Of a stretch of 55,647 bases of DNA, positions 13,291 through 24,212 are shown piece by piece (position 1 is the stretch's first letter; every line of letters begins with the position of its first letter). A model generated the notes under the pieces. It worked only from the letters and a program-made list of their open reading frames with translations. It was not told where the DNA came from and did not search any database. A program made the position numbers and the translations under genes. The DNA comes from an uncultured bacterium (GTDB lineage Bacteria > Pseudomonadota > Gammaproteobacteria > Burkholderiales > SG8-39), in NCBI GenBank assembly GCA_965233185.1, contig CBDDSA010000059.1, positions 1-55,647 of the forward strand, written 5' to 3'.

Positions 13291-13391
13291 ATGGCGCTGG
13301 ATGCCTATGTCGCCGCTGCGCGCTCATCGCCGTGACGGCGCCTGCCTCATTCGGCGGCGGGCTCTGGCTCGCGCTCACCCGGGGGAGATAA
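13291..13391 (+). pseudogene. collapsed membrane-protein relic (possibly LysE-like)
   Basis: GAGG + ATG 13291 (MALDAYVA) joined out of frame to a hydrophobic C-terminus ALIAVTAPASFGGGLWLALTRGR-TAA ending 2 nt before dusA. Confidence 0.35.
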
Positions 13392-13393
13392 GC

Positions 13394-14346
<953 letters not shown>

Positions 14347-14350
<4 letters not shown>

Positions 14351-15252
14351 GACCCCGGCCCGATCTTCAGACGATGCGCTTGGGGAACGTTGACGCCGAC
14401 GTTCTGGCCTTCCCCATCCGCTATGCTAGTAGGAACGACGCGAATTTCGGTCGCTGCAGGGCTCGTGGCGATGACCCGGAACTCCACGGCGGCGTGCGCC
14501 GGGTGACCCATGTAGGCCCCTGCGATGTCAACTCGCGCAAGCCCGGCCGAGCTTGACTTTCGATTGCCGCCGAGCTCGAGGATTTTCGGATCGAACGCCA
14601 GCTCCACGGTGGCGCTTTCGAGCACAGAATTTCCGCCTGCATCCAGACCTACCGTCAGGGTGAACTGCTCGCCGACTTTCACCTGGTTGGGTCCGGCGAC
14701 CAGCACCAGCGCTTCCTCCGTGCCGCCGACCGGCGCGATGGAGGACGCGGACAAGGCATCGCGCGACGCACCCGGGGAAAGGTCGAGCCGCTGGGCAACG
14801 GCGAGCTCGAGATTCGCCAAGATGACGTGGTCGTTCCGAATGGCATCGACTCGATACTTCGCTCCGATGGCGTCGCCCGCGCGCACTACGTAGGCCCGGC
14901 TGTCCCGTGTCAGAACCGCGAAGCGCTCCTTGCCGCGCGTCATCCTGCCTACATACGAGAACGGCAATGGCGGTAGCGCCGGTGCCGCTCGCCGCCCGAC
15001 CGCCTGCTCCTCCGTGAAGGGAGGCGGCTTCGGGAGGGGGTCGGCGCGCGGCTTGAAGACATCCACCCTGCTCTCGCGCAGTGCGCGCTGCGCAACCCAA
15101 GCCTTCGTCGAGCCGGCTGCGAGCCACGGCCGTTCCGGCGGCTTCGTGGCGACCTGGGCGGAATCCCCGCCAGCCACCTGCCGCTCTTCGTGCCCGCAGC
15201 CGAGCAGCGTGGCAAGTAGCCCGACGAAAAGGCAGCACTGCCGACGTCTCAC
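14347..15252 (-). CDS. putative lipoprotein: PilP/secretion-accessory-like domain + cohesin-like domain
   Basis: Lipobox LLGC; LPFSYVGRM..YVVRAGDAI..YRVDAI segment; C-terminal GPNQVKVGEQFTLTV..LAFDPKILE cohesin-like fold; GTGA overlap with the upstream gene. Confidence 0.55.
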
Positions 15253-17429
15253 TGTGGCGTCCCGACCGCTTTGGGGAGCGGCTGCCCCTCGCGCAGCTCG
15301 TAGGTCCGGTCCGCCGCAATCGGCCCCTTGAACGACTGGATGAGACCGCTACCCGGCCAGCGCACCTCCAGCACGTCGATCGACGCCGCGCCCGCCAGCC
15401 CGATATGCGGACGCAGGCTGGAGGCGCCGAAGCTGCCCCCGCTGCTTGCGCTTGCGAAGATCTCGCGTGTCTGGCCATTCTCCGTAATGCGGATGCGCAC
15501 ACGCGCTCCGACCGCAAGGCGATTGGCCTTTTCACCTACCAGGCGCAGCTTTATCCAGTGATTGCCGTGTCCCGGATTCCTGAACAGCGCGCTCCAGAAC
15601 CTGTCGGCGGTATAGGCACCGCCAATCATCCCGAATACGTCCTGGGCGCCGTCGTTGTCGAAGTCGCCGAAGGCCACTGCGTGGCCCTTCTGCAGGTGGC
15701 CGAAGCCGCCCGCGGTGGTGACGTTCTGGAAATGCCGACCGCCGGCGTTGCGGAACATCTGGTGGGGCACGATGTTGGTGAGCGGTGCCGCGCCCGTGCC
15801 GAGATAGAAATCCAGCCAGCCATCGTTGTCGAGATCGCCGAAGTTCGCGCCCATGGTCAGCAGCAGCCGATCCAGGCGCGCCTCGCGCGACACGTCGGTG
15901 AAGGTGCCATCGCGGTTGTTGCGGTACAGGCGCGGCCGATCGCCTTTGGCGTTCTTCTTGTCCCCGAGGTATTCACGCACGATGTTCGGCATCGTCGCCC
16001 AGTAGCCCGAGACGAAGATGTCCGGCCAGCCGTCGTTGTCGTAGTCGAAGAACCAGCAGGTAAAGCTCATGTTCGGCTCGGCAACGCCGGCCTGCGCGCT
16101 GGCGTCGATGAACTTGCCGTTGCCGAGGTTACGGAACAGCTTGTTCGGCCCACCCATGATCGAGACGTACAGGTCCGGCCGGCCATCGTTGTCGTAGTCG
16201 TCGCTGGCGACGCCTTTCACCATGCCGTTGAGCTCGATTCCGCTCTGCGCCCCCAGGTCGGTGAAGGTGCCGTTGCGGTTGTTGTGGTAGAGACGGAAGT
16301 TCTTCGCGTCCGCGGGCCATTTCACCTTGTCGCGCACGATCTCGTGGCCGACAAAGAGGTCGAGCCAGCCGTCGCCATCGAAGTCCGCCCAGGCTGCCGT
16401 CTGGCTGGGATGGTAATTCAGCACCCCGGCCTTCGCGGTGACGTCAGTGAAAATGCCGTTGCAGTTGTTGCGCAGGAGCGAGCCCGGATGCCGGCCCTTG
16501 TCGTGCAGCCAGGCGCCGCGCGGGATGAAGACGTCGATGCAACCGTCGTTGTCATAGTCGGCCTGCACCATGTTGAGCCCGCCGGTGATGCCCTTCAGGC
16601 CCGCGCGCTCGGTCATCCGGATAAACGTGCCGTCGCCCTTGTTGCGGAAGTAATTGACCTGCTCCTCGATGCCCATGTGCGAGGTCATCAGATCGAGGTG
16701 CCCGTCGTTGTCGAAGTCCTCGAGCACCGCGCCGCCGGCGCGGCCGAAGACGCTCACGCCGCGGCTCGCCGCGACGTCGCGGAACAGGCCGATGTCGTGG
16801 TCGGATTTGAACGCCTCGGGCGGAATCAGCCAGCGCTTGGGCACGCCCTGTGGCCATTGGCCGAGCACCATGTGCGAGAGATTCAGGAACCAGCGGAAGA
16901 TGAGCGCGTTGTCCGGGTCGACAGGATCGGCGAGTAGCTCGGCGAAGCGCTTGGCAGCCTCGGCGGCGCCGCGCCGTTCCTTGTGGATGCCCTCGTCCTT
17001 GATCGGAAAGATGCAGGCGTCGGCGTTCGGGCTCCAGGTGCAATTCTGCTGCTCGCCGAGGCGGAACCAGGCGAGCGCGAGGTCGCCCTTCAGCGTCTCG
17101 ATGTCGCGCGGCGCAAGCTTGCCGCGATATTCCTCGAGCATTTTCTCGAGCCGCGCGATGCCGGGCTCCGCGGTGCCGCCGGCGACGTACTGCTGGGCGA
17201 GCTCTCGCTGCAGCATCAGCCGCTTGATCGGATCGCGCTCGCTGCCTAGATCGGCCTGCAGGCTGCCGATCTTGCGCTCCTGCAGGTTCCAGGGGTTGTC
17301 CCAGGCCCCCTGCCGCTCGGCAATCGAAGCGAGCTCCTTCACCATGTCGAACCGCGGCCGCGGCCAGGCGAGCGCAAGCACGAGCGCAAGCACCGCCAGC
17401 GCAGCTGCACCGGAGAGAATGACCTTCAC
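15249..17429 (-). CDS. CRTAC1-like FG-GAP repeat / ASPIC-UnbV protein with helical N-terminal domain
   Basis: N-terminal anchor; repeated D(F/Y/L)DNDG.(L/P)D motifs; C-terminal NRLAVGARV..GGSFG..HIGL..VRWP ASPIC/UnbV; GTG start inferred. Confidence 0.85.
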   Translation of the reverse strand: MKVILSGAAALAVLALVLALAWPRPRFDMVKELASIAERQGAWDNPWNLQERKIGSLQADLGSERDPIKRLMLQRELAQQYVAGGTAEPGIARLEKMLEEYRGKLAPRDIETLKGDLALAWFRLGEQQNCTWSPNADACIFPIKDEGIHKERRGAAEAAKRFAELLADPVDPDNALIFRWFLNLSHMVLGQWPQGVPKRWLIPPEAFKSDHDIGLFRDVAASRGVSVFGRAGGAVLEDFDNDGHLDLMTSHMGIEEQVNYFRNKGDGTFIRMTERAGLKGITGGLNMVQADYDNDGCIDVFIPRGAWLHDKGRHPGSLLRNNCNGIFTDVTAKAGVLNYHPSQTAAWADFDGDGWLDLFVGHEIVRDKVKWPADAKNFRLYHNNRNGTFTDLGAQSGIELNGMVKGVASDDYDNDGRPDLYVSIMGGPNKLFRNLGNGKFIDASAQAGVAEPNMSFTCWFFDYDNDGWPDIFVSGYWATMPNIVREYLGDKKNAKGDRPRLYRNNRDGTFTDVSREARLDRLLLTMGANFGDLDNDGWLDFYLGTGAAPLTNIVPHQMFRNAGGRHFQNVTTAGGFGHLQKGHAVAFGDFDNDGAQDVFGMIGGAYTADRFWSALFRNPGHGNHWIKLRLVGEKANRLAVGARVRIRITENGQTREIFASASSGGSFGASSLRPHIGLAGAASIDVLEVRWPGSGLIQSFKGPIAADRTYELREGQPLPKAVGTPQ

Positions 17430-17440
17430 CGGCTTCGATT

Positions 17441-18871
17441 CTACGACTGAGGGACCTGCACCTGGCCCGAAGCTATGGGCAGGGAGAGGATCCACAGGCC
17501 GGCTGCGGTGAAGGCCACCATCAGAACCAGCATCGGTACCTGGCTCCACACCGCCTGCCTTGTGCGCGGGAACACCGCCAGGGCGCGGGCGTGCGCGAGG
17601 TAGACGCTCACCACGTGGCCGACCAGGATCAGCGCCACCTGCGTGTGCCAGACCCATTCCGCCGGAACCACGTAGGGCTCGCCGCCGGAGCGCGCGGTGC
17701 CGAAGATGTTCCAGCCCCAGCCGAAGGGGTCGGAGGCGAGCTGCACGATGGCCGGCGCGTGCCCGACGAGCAAAGTGTAGTAGTGCGTGACGTGGTAGAC
17801 GAACGCGATGGGCACCAGCGCGAAGGTGAACTCCAGCGCCAACTCACGCAGCGGCCGCTCGCTGCCCGCGGCGAGCTTCATGAGCCAGACGAAGGCCAGG
17901 TAGATCGCGAGGTAGAAGAACGGCGACAGGACCAGCATCGCCCACTGCCAGTAGTAATAGAAATCGACCAGGAACAGGTACGGCATGGCGAGCGCCGCTG
18001 CGAGCGGGGGATACAGGTATTTCCAGAAGACCTGCACCCAAGGCAGGGTCTGGTGCACGCCGTCGAAGGCGGTCGAGGACAGCATGAACAGCACCACGAG
18101 CAGCAGGCTCGGGTGATCCGCCGGCTCTTTCAGCAATCCGACGAACGGCTGCCTCAGCCGCAGCCTGCCCGACGCATATTCGAGCGGCGCCATCTTGGCG
18201 ATAAGACGCAGCACCACCGCGAACATTTCGCCGCGGCGGAACCACGCCTCGGCGCCGAAAAGACGCGCCCCCCCAAGGGTGACAAGCGTATAGCCGAGGA
18301 GAAAATAGCCCAGCCCGCGCGGCGAGGCATGCGCGAAAAGCTCGACCCAGATGAACGCCATGTACAGCAACAGCGCCGGGTAGTAGCCGAGCCGGGCAGG
18401 ATAGGCGACCCTGCCCCGGAACGCGCCCGGATAGCGCCATTCGAGCAGATCGCACAGCCCGCGCCACGGGTTTAGCGCGGTATACACGTCGCCGATCAGC
18501 GCGACGACATAGGTGAATCCCAGGACGAAGATAATCCAGAAGAAGGTGACGCTGAAATTGCCGAACGGATTGGGCGTGCCGAAGAGCGCCGTGAGGATCG
18601 TCAGCAGCAGCACCGCCACGCTGAGCGCGCGCAGCACCCCGAGCGCAGGCGCCGCCGTCGACGGCAGGCGGATTTCCACCGTGCGCGCGTTACCCGCGGC
18701 GGTCCTCGCGGTCACGAAATAGCCGACGACCACGAACGACAGGGCGAGCGCGGCCGAAGCGGCGAAGGCGTACATCCAGAACGGCAGCGGCAGCACGTAG
18801 CTCTGCCCGAAGGCATGCGCATTCGCGCCGAGCGGGAGCAAAAGCAGTAGCGTCGCGACCGCGAGCTTCAT
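17441..18871 (-). CDS. polytopic membrane protein (often annotated 'fenitrothion hydrolase' FedB-like)
   Basis: Signal peptide then AHAFGQSYVLPLP; about 10 hydrophobic segments; LNPW, STAFDG, LVPIAFVYHVTHY, SDPFGWGWN, GHVVSV..AH motifs. Confidence 0.65.
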   Translation of the reverse strand: MKLAVATLLLLLPLGANAHAFGQSYVLPLPFWMYAFAASAALALSFVVVGYFVTARTAAGNARTVEIRLPSTAAPALGVLRALSVAVLLLTILTALFGTPNPFGNFSVTFFWIIFVLGFTYVVALIGDVYTALNPWRGLCDLLEWRYPGAFRGRVAYPARLGYYPALLLYMAFIWVELFAHASPRGLGYFLLGYTLVTLGGARLFGAEAWFRRGEMFAVVLRLIAKMAPLEYASGRLRLRQPFVGLLKEPADHPSLLLVVLFMLSSTAFDGVHQTLPWVQVFWKYLYPPLAAALAMPYLFLVDFYYYWQWAMLVLSPFFYLAIYLAFVWLMKLAAGSERPLRELALEFTFALVPIAFVYHVTHYYTLLVGHAPAIVQLASDPFGWGWNIFGTARSGGEPYVVPAEWVWHTQVALILVGHVVSVYLAHARALAVFPRTRQAVWSQVPMLVLMVAFTAAGLWILSLPIASGQVQVPQS

Positions 18872-19281
18872 TTCGGGTACACCTCGAGGGCGCCGAGTTG
18901 CTGATGCTTGCGGTGCAGCTCGAGCTCGAAGCGGCCGCTGCGCGCTGCCGCAAAGTGCAGGACTGCGGGCTCGCCGGCCTTGATGCGCAGTTTCAGGTCG
19001 TAGCCATGCACGTGCAGCTCATCGTTGAAGTTCGAGTCGATGCGCAGCGTGACCTGGTCTCCCTGGCGCACCTGCAGCGATTCCGAACCCGACACCAGTT
19101 TGCCGTCCCTGACGACCAGGTCGACGGTCTTCTCCTGCGTTTTAGCAACCAGGGGGGCAGCTGCGACCGACGCAGCGGAAATTTCTTTCGCGGGCATCGG
19201 CGGCGCAGGCCGGAAGGCGAGCCACAGCCCGGCCAGCACAAGCACCGCGGTAAACGCAAAGATGATCCGGACAGAAAGCAT
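18868..19281 (-). CDS. membrane-anchored cupredoxin-fold protein (no Cys)
   Basis: VRQGDQVTLRI..DELHVHGYD..GRFELELH cupredoxin pattern; ATGA overlap with the membrane-protein gene. Confidence 0.7.
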   Translation of the reverse strand: MLSVRIIFAFTAVLVLAGLWLAFRPAPPMPAKEISAASVAAAPLVAKTQEKTVDLVVRDGKLVSGSESLQVRQGDQVTLRIDSNFNDELHVHGYDLKLRIKAGEPAVLHFAAARSGRFELELHRKHQQLGALEVYPK

Positions 19282-19313
19282 TTTCTTGTGTGGCCGTACA
19301 AACGCTACGGTAC

Positions 19314-19341
19314 CAAAAGAAAGCCCCGCTCTGGCGGGGCT
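19314..19341 (-). terminator. Rho-independent terminator after the LVIVD array
   Basis: AGCCCCGC-4 nt loop-GCGGGGCT stem (19322-19341) followed on the minus strand by a T-rich tract (TTCTTTT). Confidence 0.8.
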
Positions 19342-19364
19342 GGCGATGCGTTTCTCCTACCGTG

Positions 19365-20939
19365 TCAATTTTGCATGCCGCCCGGCGTCGAGGTGCCCTT
19401 GAATGGCCATACTCCATCCCTGAACTTGAGCACGAGCACGCCATTATCCTGGCAGGTCGTCCAGAGGGTACCGCTCTCCTTGTCCAGATGCACCTGGGCG
19501 GCGCACCAGTCCGGTCCGCCGGGGACCCAGCCGCCGACGCGGTTGTGGTTGGATCCTGCGGTCGGCGTAGTGGTGCCGGCCGGGTTGTAGTAGGCGATTT
19601 CCTTCGGCCGCACGGGGTCGCGGATGTCGAATACGCGGATACCCGAGTTGAAGTATCCGCAAGCCAGGGTCGTCGCATTGTTCCGGTTATCGACGCTGCA
19701 GTAGTGGCTGCCGTAGGTGAAGGTCGAAAGGCCGGCAACATCCGGGCTCACGCTGGAGCAGTTCTTCGGATCGTGCGTCTCGAGCATCAGGCGCGAGACG
19801 ATCTTCGGGTTCTTCTCGTCGCCGATGTCGATGATGCGCGCCATCGGGTACGGCGGCATGCCGGCAGCGCAGGCCGCGGCGTTCTGGGCCGCGGAGGCGA
19901 AGCCGCCCGAGCCGGCCTCGTCGACGAACACGATGTAGCGCTTGCCTTTGATCTTGATATTGATCGTGTGCTGCGCGCCCGAGCCGTCCTTCCACAGCAG
20001 GCTGCTGATGAGGCGCGCCTGCGGATTGGGTCTGCGCTCCTGGATCTCGGTAAGGTCGTAGATCTGCAGGCCGTTGCTCGCCGGGACGCTAGGGTCGGTC
20101 AATCCCGCGCCGAAGCCGAGAATCACGAAGTAGCCGCGCTTGCCGTCCTCGCTGATCGACAGGCCATGCACGCTGGCGATCCCCGGCCGCCAAGTCGACA
20201 GCAGCTTCGGCTTGGTGGGATCGGTCGTGTCGACGGCGTAGTACTGCGCGGCGCGCAGGTCGCCGCCGTAGTAGGTCAGGCCGTCGGGCGCCCAGCTCCC
20301 CTCGTGGCCAATCACCGGCGCTACGAGGCCGCCGTCGGCGCCGGTGCCGACCGGCACGCTGGCGAGAAGCTGCGGCGAGCGGCAGTCCTGCGAGATGTCG
20401 TAGATGTCCACCTCGGGTCCGCCACCGCCGTTCTGGCCGTTATCGGCCGCCAAGAGCTGCCGCCGCTCGTTGACCTTGAGCGACTCCCAAGGGTCGAGCA
20501 TCGAGATGGTCGTGAGGTAGGCGGTCGGCGTGGGATTGCGCTTGTCAGTGAGATCGATCACCGGCACGCCGAACTGCGTCCGGCCGGGCTGGCTCAGCGC
20601 CGGCGAGGCGGTGCCGTGATAACCGCAGTGGCGCACGCCGCCGTTGCGGGTGTCCTGCTTGAATTGCGTCGTCTGCCAGTTCGCGCCATTGCCCTTGAAT
20701 TGGCCGACGAGCTCGAGGTTGCAGTTGAAGCCCTTGAAGCCCGCGGCGCGCATGGCGGCAGGTACCTGGCCCTGCAGCGCCGTTTCCGGCTTGTCGTTCG
20801 ACCCGCAGACCGCCCTGGGTACCGTCAGCGGCGCCGGGCCTTCACCCGAACCCGGCTTGCCGGCGGATGCGACACCTGCACAGCACAGAGCAATCGCGAC
20901 CGCCGTCAGCGGCGCGCGCAACGGCATGGATCTCCTCAT
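19365..20939 (-). CDS. secreted LVIVD-repeat beta-propeller protein, paralog 3
   Basis: GGAGGGG RBS + ATG 20939; signal peptide; VIDLTD..P, IYDIS, ARIIDI.DE.NPK, RVFDIRDP.RPKEIAYY repeats. Confidence 0.82.
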   Translation of the reverse strand: MRRSMPLRAPLTAVAIALCCAGVASAGKPGSGEGPAPLTVPRAVCGSNDKPETALQGQVPAAMRAAGFKGFNCNLELVGQFKGNGANWQTTQFKQDTRNGGVRHCGYHGTASPALSQPGRTQFGVPVIDLTDKRNPTPTAYLTTISMLDPWESLKVNERRQLLAADNGQNGGGGPEVDIYDISQDCRSPQLLASVPVGTGADGGLVAPVIGHEGSWAPDGLTYYGGDLRAAQYYAVDTTDPTKPKLLSTWRPGIASVHGLSISEDGKRGYFVILGFGAGLTDPSVPASNGLQIYDLTEIQERRPNPQARLISSLLWKDGSGAQHTINIKIKGKRYIVFVDEAGSGGFASAAQNAAACAAGMPPYPMARIIDIGDEKNPKIVSRLMLETHDPKNCSSVSPDVAGLSTFTYGSHYCSVDNRNNATTLACGYFNSGIRVFDIRDPVRPKEIAYYNPAGTTTPTAGSNHNRVGGWVPGGPDWCAAQVHLDKESGTLWTTCQDNGVLVLKFRDGVWPFKGTSTPGGMQN

Positions 20940-20962
20940 AGCCCCTCCCTCGAGTGTTACGG

Positions 20963-22582
20963 TCAGTTCTGCTCGCCCGGCGGCGTGCGGCTGTCCGGGA
21001 AGGGCCACACGCCTTTCCTGAACTTCAGCATCACCACGCCGTTGTCCTGGCACGTAGTCCAGACCGTGCCCTTCTCCGCATCGAGATGCACCTGGGCCGA
21101 GCACCAGTCCGCGTGTCCGGAGATCCAGCCGCCGGGGCTGTTGTGGTTGGAGCCGGGGCTCGGGGTACGCGTCGCCGGCGGGTTGTAGTAGGCGATCTCC
21201 TTCGGCCGCAGCGGGTCGCGGATATCGAACACCCGCAGGCCCGAGTTGAAATAGCCGCAGGCGAGCGTGGTGGCGTGATCCTTGTTGTCGACGCTGCAGT
21301 AGTGGCTGCCGTAGGTGAAGGTCTGCAAGCCGACGATATCCGGCGCGACGGCCGCGCAGTTGGCCGGATCGTGTGTCTCGAGCATCAGGCGCGACACGAT
21401 CTTTGGATTCTTCTCGTCGTTTACGTCGATGATGCGCGCCATCGGGAACGGCGGGAAGCCCAGGGCGCAGGCCGCGGCATGCTGCGCCGAGTTCGACAGG
21501 CCGCCGGAGCCGGCCTCGTCGACGAATACGACGTACTTCTTGCCCTTGACCCGCACCGGGATGGTGTGCTGCGCGACCGAGCCATCCTTCCACAGAAGCC
21601 GGCTGATCTCCCGCACCTGCGGATTGGGCTTGCGCGCCTGGATTTCCGAGAGGTCGTAGATCAGCAGGCCGTTCGTGGGCGGCGTGGCCGGATCCAGCAC
21701 CGCGGCCGGGCTGGCGCCAAGTCCGCCGAGCGAGACAAAGTAGCCGCGCTTGCCGTCGTCGGAGATGGACATCCCATGGACCGTCGCGATGCCGGTCCTC
21801 CACGTAGCCAGTAGCTTCGGCCGGGTCGGGTCGGTCGTGTCCACGGCGTAGTACTGCGAGTTGCGCAGGTCGCCGCCGTAATAGGTAAGCCCGTCGGGCG
21901 CCCAGCTTCCCTCATGTCCGATGATCGGCGCGACCACTCCGCCGTCCGCGCCGGTGCCCACCGGCATGCTCGCCAGGAGCTGCGGGAAGCGGCAGTCCTG
22001 CGAGATGTCGTAGATGTCCACCTCAGGGCCGCCGCCGCCGTTCTGGCCGTTGTCGGCGCCGAGCAGCTGCCGCCGCTCGTTCACCTTGAGCGACTCCCAC
22101 GGGTCGTGCATCGCCGGCGTGTTGAGGTACGCGGTGATCGTCGGTTTGCCCGGATCGGTCAGGTCCAGCGCCCGCACACCGAAGTTGGTGCGCCCCGGCA
22201 GGCTGCGCGCCGCCGCCGCGGTGCCGTGGTAGCCGCAGATCCGCTGCGTGTTGCCGCGGCCGCGATCGTGGTCCTGGTCGTCATCCTGCCCGTGGCGCAC
22301 GCGCTGCTTGAATTGCGTGGTCTGCCAGTTCGCCCCGTCGCCGCGCGCCTGCCCGACCAGCTCGAGATTGCAGTTGAACCCGTCGAATCCCGCCGCACGC
22401 ATCGCCGCCGGCACCTGCCCCTGCAGCGCGGTCTCCGGCCGGTCGTTCGGCCCGCAGCTCGGCGGCTTGGGCACGGTGAGCGGCACCGGGCCGCCGGGAT
22501 CCTTGTTCTTGTTGTCGGCGCTGACGACGCCGGCACAGGCGAACGCGATGACAAGCGCTTTTGCGAGCGGGGCGGTTTTCAT
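20963..22582 (-). CDS. secreted LVIVD-repeat beta-propeller protein, paralog 2
   Basis: Signal peptide; same motif blocks as paralogs 1 and 3. Confidence 0.85.
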   Translation of the reverse strand: MKTAPLAKALVIAFACAGVVSADNKNKDPGGPVPLTVPKPPSCGPNDRPETALQGQVPAAMRAAGFDGFNCNLELVGQARGDGANWQTTQFKQRVRHGQDDDQDHDRGRGNTQRICGYHGTAAAARSLPGRTNFGVRALDLTDPGKPTITAYLNTPAMHDPWESLKVNERRQLLGADNGQNGGGGPEVDIYDISQDCRFPQLLASMPVGTGADGGVVAPIIGHEGSWAPDGLTYYGGDLRNSQYYAVDTTDPTRPKLLATWRTGIATVHGMSISDDGKRGYFVSLGGLGASPAAVLDPATPPTNGLLIYDLSEIQARKPNPQVREISRLLWKDGSVAQHTIPVRVKGKKYVVFVDEAGSGGLSNSAQHAAACALGFPPFPMARIIDVNDEKNPKIVSRLMLETHDPANCAAVAPDIVGLQTFTYGSHYCSVDNKDHATTLACGYFNSGLRVFDIRDPLRPKEIAYYNPPATRTPSPGSNHNSPGGWISGHADWCSAQVHLDAEKGTVWTTCQDNGVVMLKFRKGVWPFPDSRTPPGEQN

Positions 22583-22584
22583 GA

Positions 22585-24210
22585 TTAGTTCTGCTCTCCC
22601 TCAGGGGTCCTGCTCTCGGGGAATGGCCAGACGCCGTTGGTGAACTTGAGGCTAAGTACGCCGTTGTCCTGGCAGGTGGTCCACAAGGTGCCCCGGCGCG
22701 CGTCCAGATGAACCTGCGCCGAGCACCAGTCGGCGCCGCCCGGCCTGAAGTTGTTGCCTAGCGTGTGGTTCGAGCCTGGACTGTCGGTCATCACGCCCGC
22801 CGGGTTGAAGTAGGCGATCTCCTTCGGCCGCAGCGGATCGCGGATGTCGAAGACGCGGATGCCTGAATTGAACATGCCGCAGGCGAGCGTGGTGGCGTTC
22901 TTGCGGTTGTCGACGCTGCAGTAGTGCGTGCCGTAGGTGAAGATGCTCAGGCCAACGACATCGGGCAGCACCTGCGGGCAGTTCTTCGGATCGTGCACCT
23001 CGTGCATGATCTTGGTCACCACCTTCGGATTGCGCTCGTCGCTGATGTCTATGATGCGCGCCATCGGAAAGGGCGCCATGCCGGCCGCGCATGCCGCGGC
23101 CAGCTGCGCGGCGCTGGTAGTGCCCCCAGAGCCGCCCTCGTCAACGAAGATCACGTACGGCTTGCCCTTGATCCTGACGTTGATGGTGTGCTGCGCGGTT
23201 GCCCCGTCCTTCCAGTACACCTCGCCCAGCACCTTGGGTTGCGGGTTGGGCAGGCGCTGCTGGATCTCGGACAGGTCGTAGATCACCAGGCCGTTGTTCG
23301 CCGGCACGTTGGGATCGGTGAGCGTCGCCGGGTTGATCGAGCCGATCGACACGAAATAGCCGCGCGTGCCGTCGTCGCTGATCGACAGGCCGTGCGTGCG
23401 GCCTCCGGTGCCCACGCGCGGCACGAACCAGGAGGTGAGCAGCTTCGGCTTGGTTGCGTCGGTCGTATCAACTGCGTAGTAGTTGTTCGGGACGGTGCGC
23501 CCCCCGCCGTAATACGTCAGGCCGTCGGGCGCCCAGCTGCCTTCGTGGCCGATGATCGGCGTCACCACGCCGCCGCCGTCGGTGCCGGTGCCCACCTTGA
23601 CGCTGGCCAGGAGCTGCGGGAAGCGGCAGTCGTCGGAGATGTCGTAGATGTCCACCTCCGGCCCGCCCGCGCCGTCCTGGCCGTTGTCGGCAGCGAGCAG
23701 CTGCCGGCGCTCGTTGACCTTGAGCGACTCCCAGGGATCGAGCATCGAAACGGTGGTCAGATAGGCCGTCGGCGTGGGATTGCGCGGGTCGGTGAGGTCG
23801 ATCACCGGCACGCCCATGTTCGCCCGGCCGGGCCGGCTCAGCGTCGGCGAAGCCGTGCCGTGGTATCCGCATATGCGCCGCGTGTTGCCGCCGCCGCTGT
23901 CGCGGTCGTCGGGGTCATCCGCCGCATGGCGCAGCTTCTGCCTGAATTGCGTGGTTTGCCAGTTGGCGCCATCGCCGCGATGCTGGCCGAGCAGCTGGAG
24001 GTTGCAGTTGAATCCCTGGAATCCTGCCGCACGCATCGCCGCCGGCACCTGCCCCTGCAGCGCCGTCTCCGGCCGATCGCCCGGGCCGCATACCGCCTTC
24101 GGTACGGTGAGCGGGACCGGCCCGCTGTCCTTCTTCTTGTTGTCAGCGCCCGCAACGCCGGCGCAGGCTAAGGCGATGACCACGGCTTGGACGATCGGCG
24201 CGGTTTTCAT
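22585..24210 (-). CDS. secreted LVIVD-repeat beta-propeller protein, paralog 1
   Basis: Signal peptide; same motif blocks as paralogs 2 and 3. Confidence 0.85.
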   Translation of the reverse strand: MKTAPIVQAVVIALACAGVAGADNKKKDSGPVPLTVPKAVCGPGDRPETALQGQVPAAMRAAGFQGFNCNLQLLGQHRGDGANWQTTQFRQKLRHAADDPDDRDSGGGNTRRICGYHGTASPTLSRPGRANMGVPVIDLTDPRNPTPTAYLTTVSMLDPWESLKVNERRQLLAADNGQDGAGGPEVDIYDISDDCRFPQLLASVKVGTGTDGGGVVTPIIGHEGSWAPDGLTYYGGGRTVPNNYYAVDTTDATKPKLLTSWFVPRVGTGGRTHGLSISDDGTRGYFVSIGSINPATLTDPNVPANNGLVIYDLSEIQQRLPNPQPKVLGEVYWKDGATAQHTINVRIKGKPYVIFVDEGGSGGTTSAAQLAAACAAGMAPFPMARIIDISDERNPKVVTKIMHEVHDPKNCPQVLPDVVGLSIFTYGTHYCSVDNRKNATTLACGMFNSGIRVFDIRDPLRPKEIAYFNPAGVMTDSPGSNHTLGNNFRPGGADWCSAQVHLDARRGTLWTTCQDNGVLSLKFTNGVWPFPESRTPEGEQN

Positions 24211-24212
24211 GG

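Noticed and set aside
19365-24210. Assembly duplication or a DGR-like template/variable repeat explaining the LVIVD triplication
   Set aside because: Copies differ by many synonymous changes and indels along their length, the differences are not adenine-specific, and there is no reverse transcriptase.
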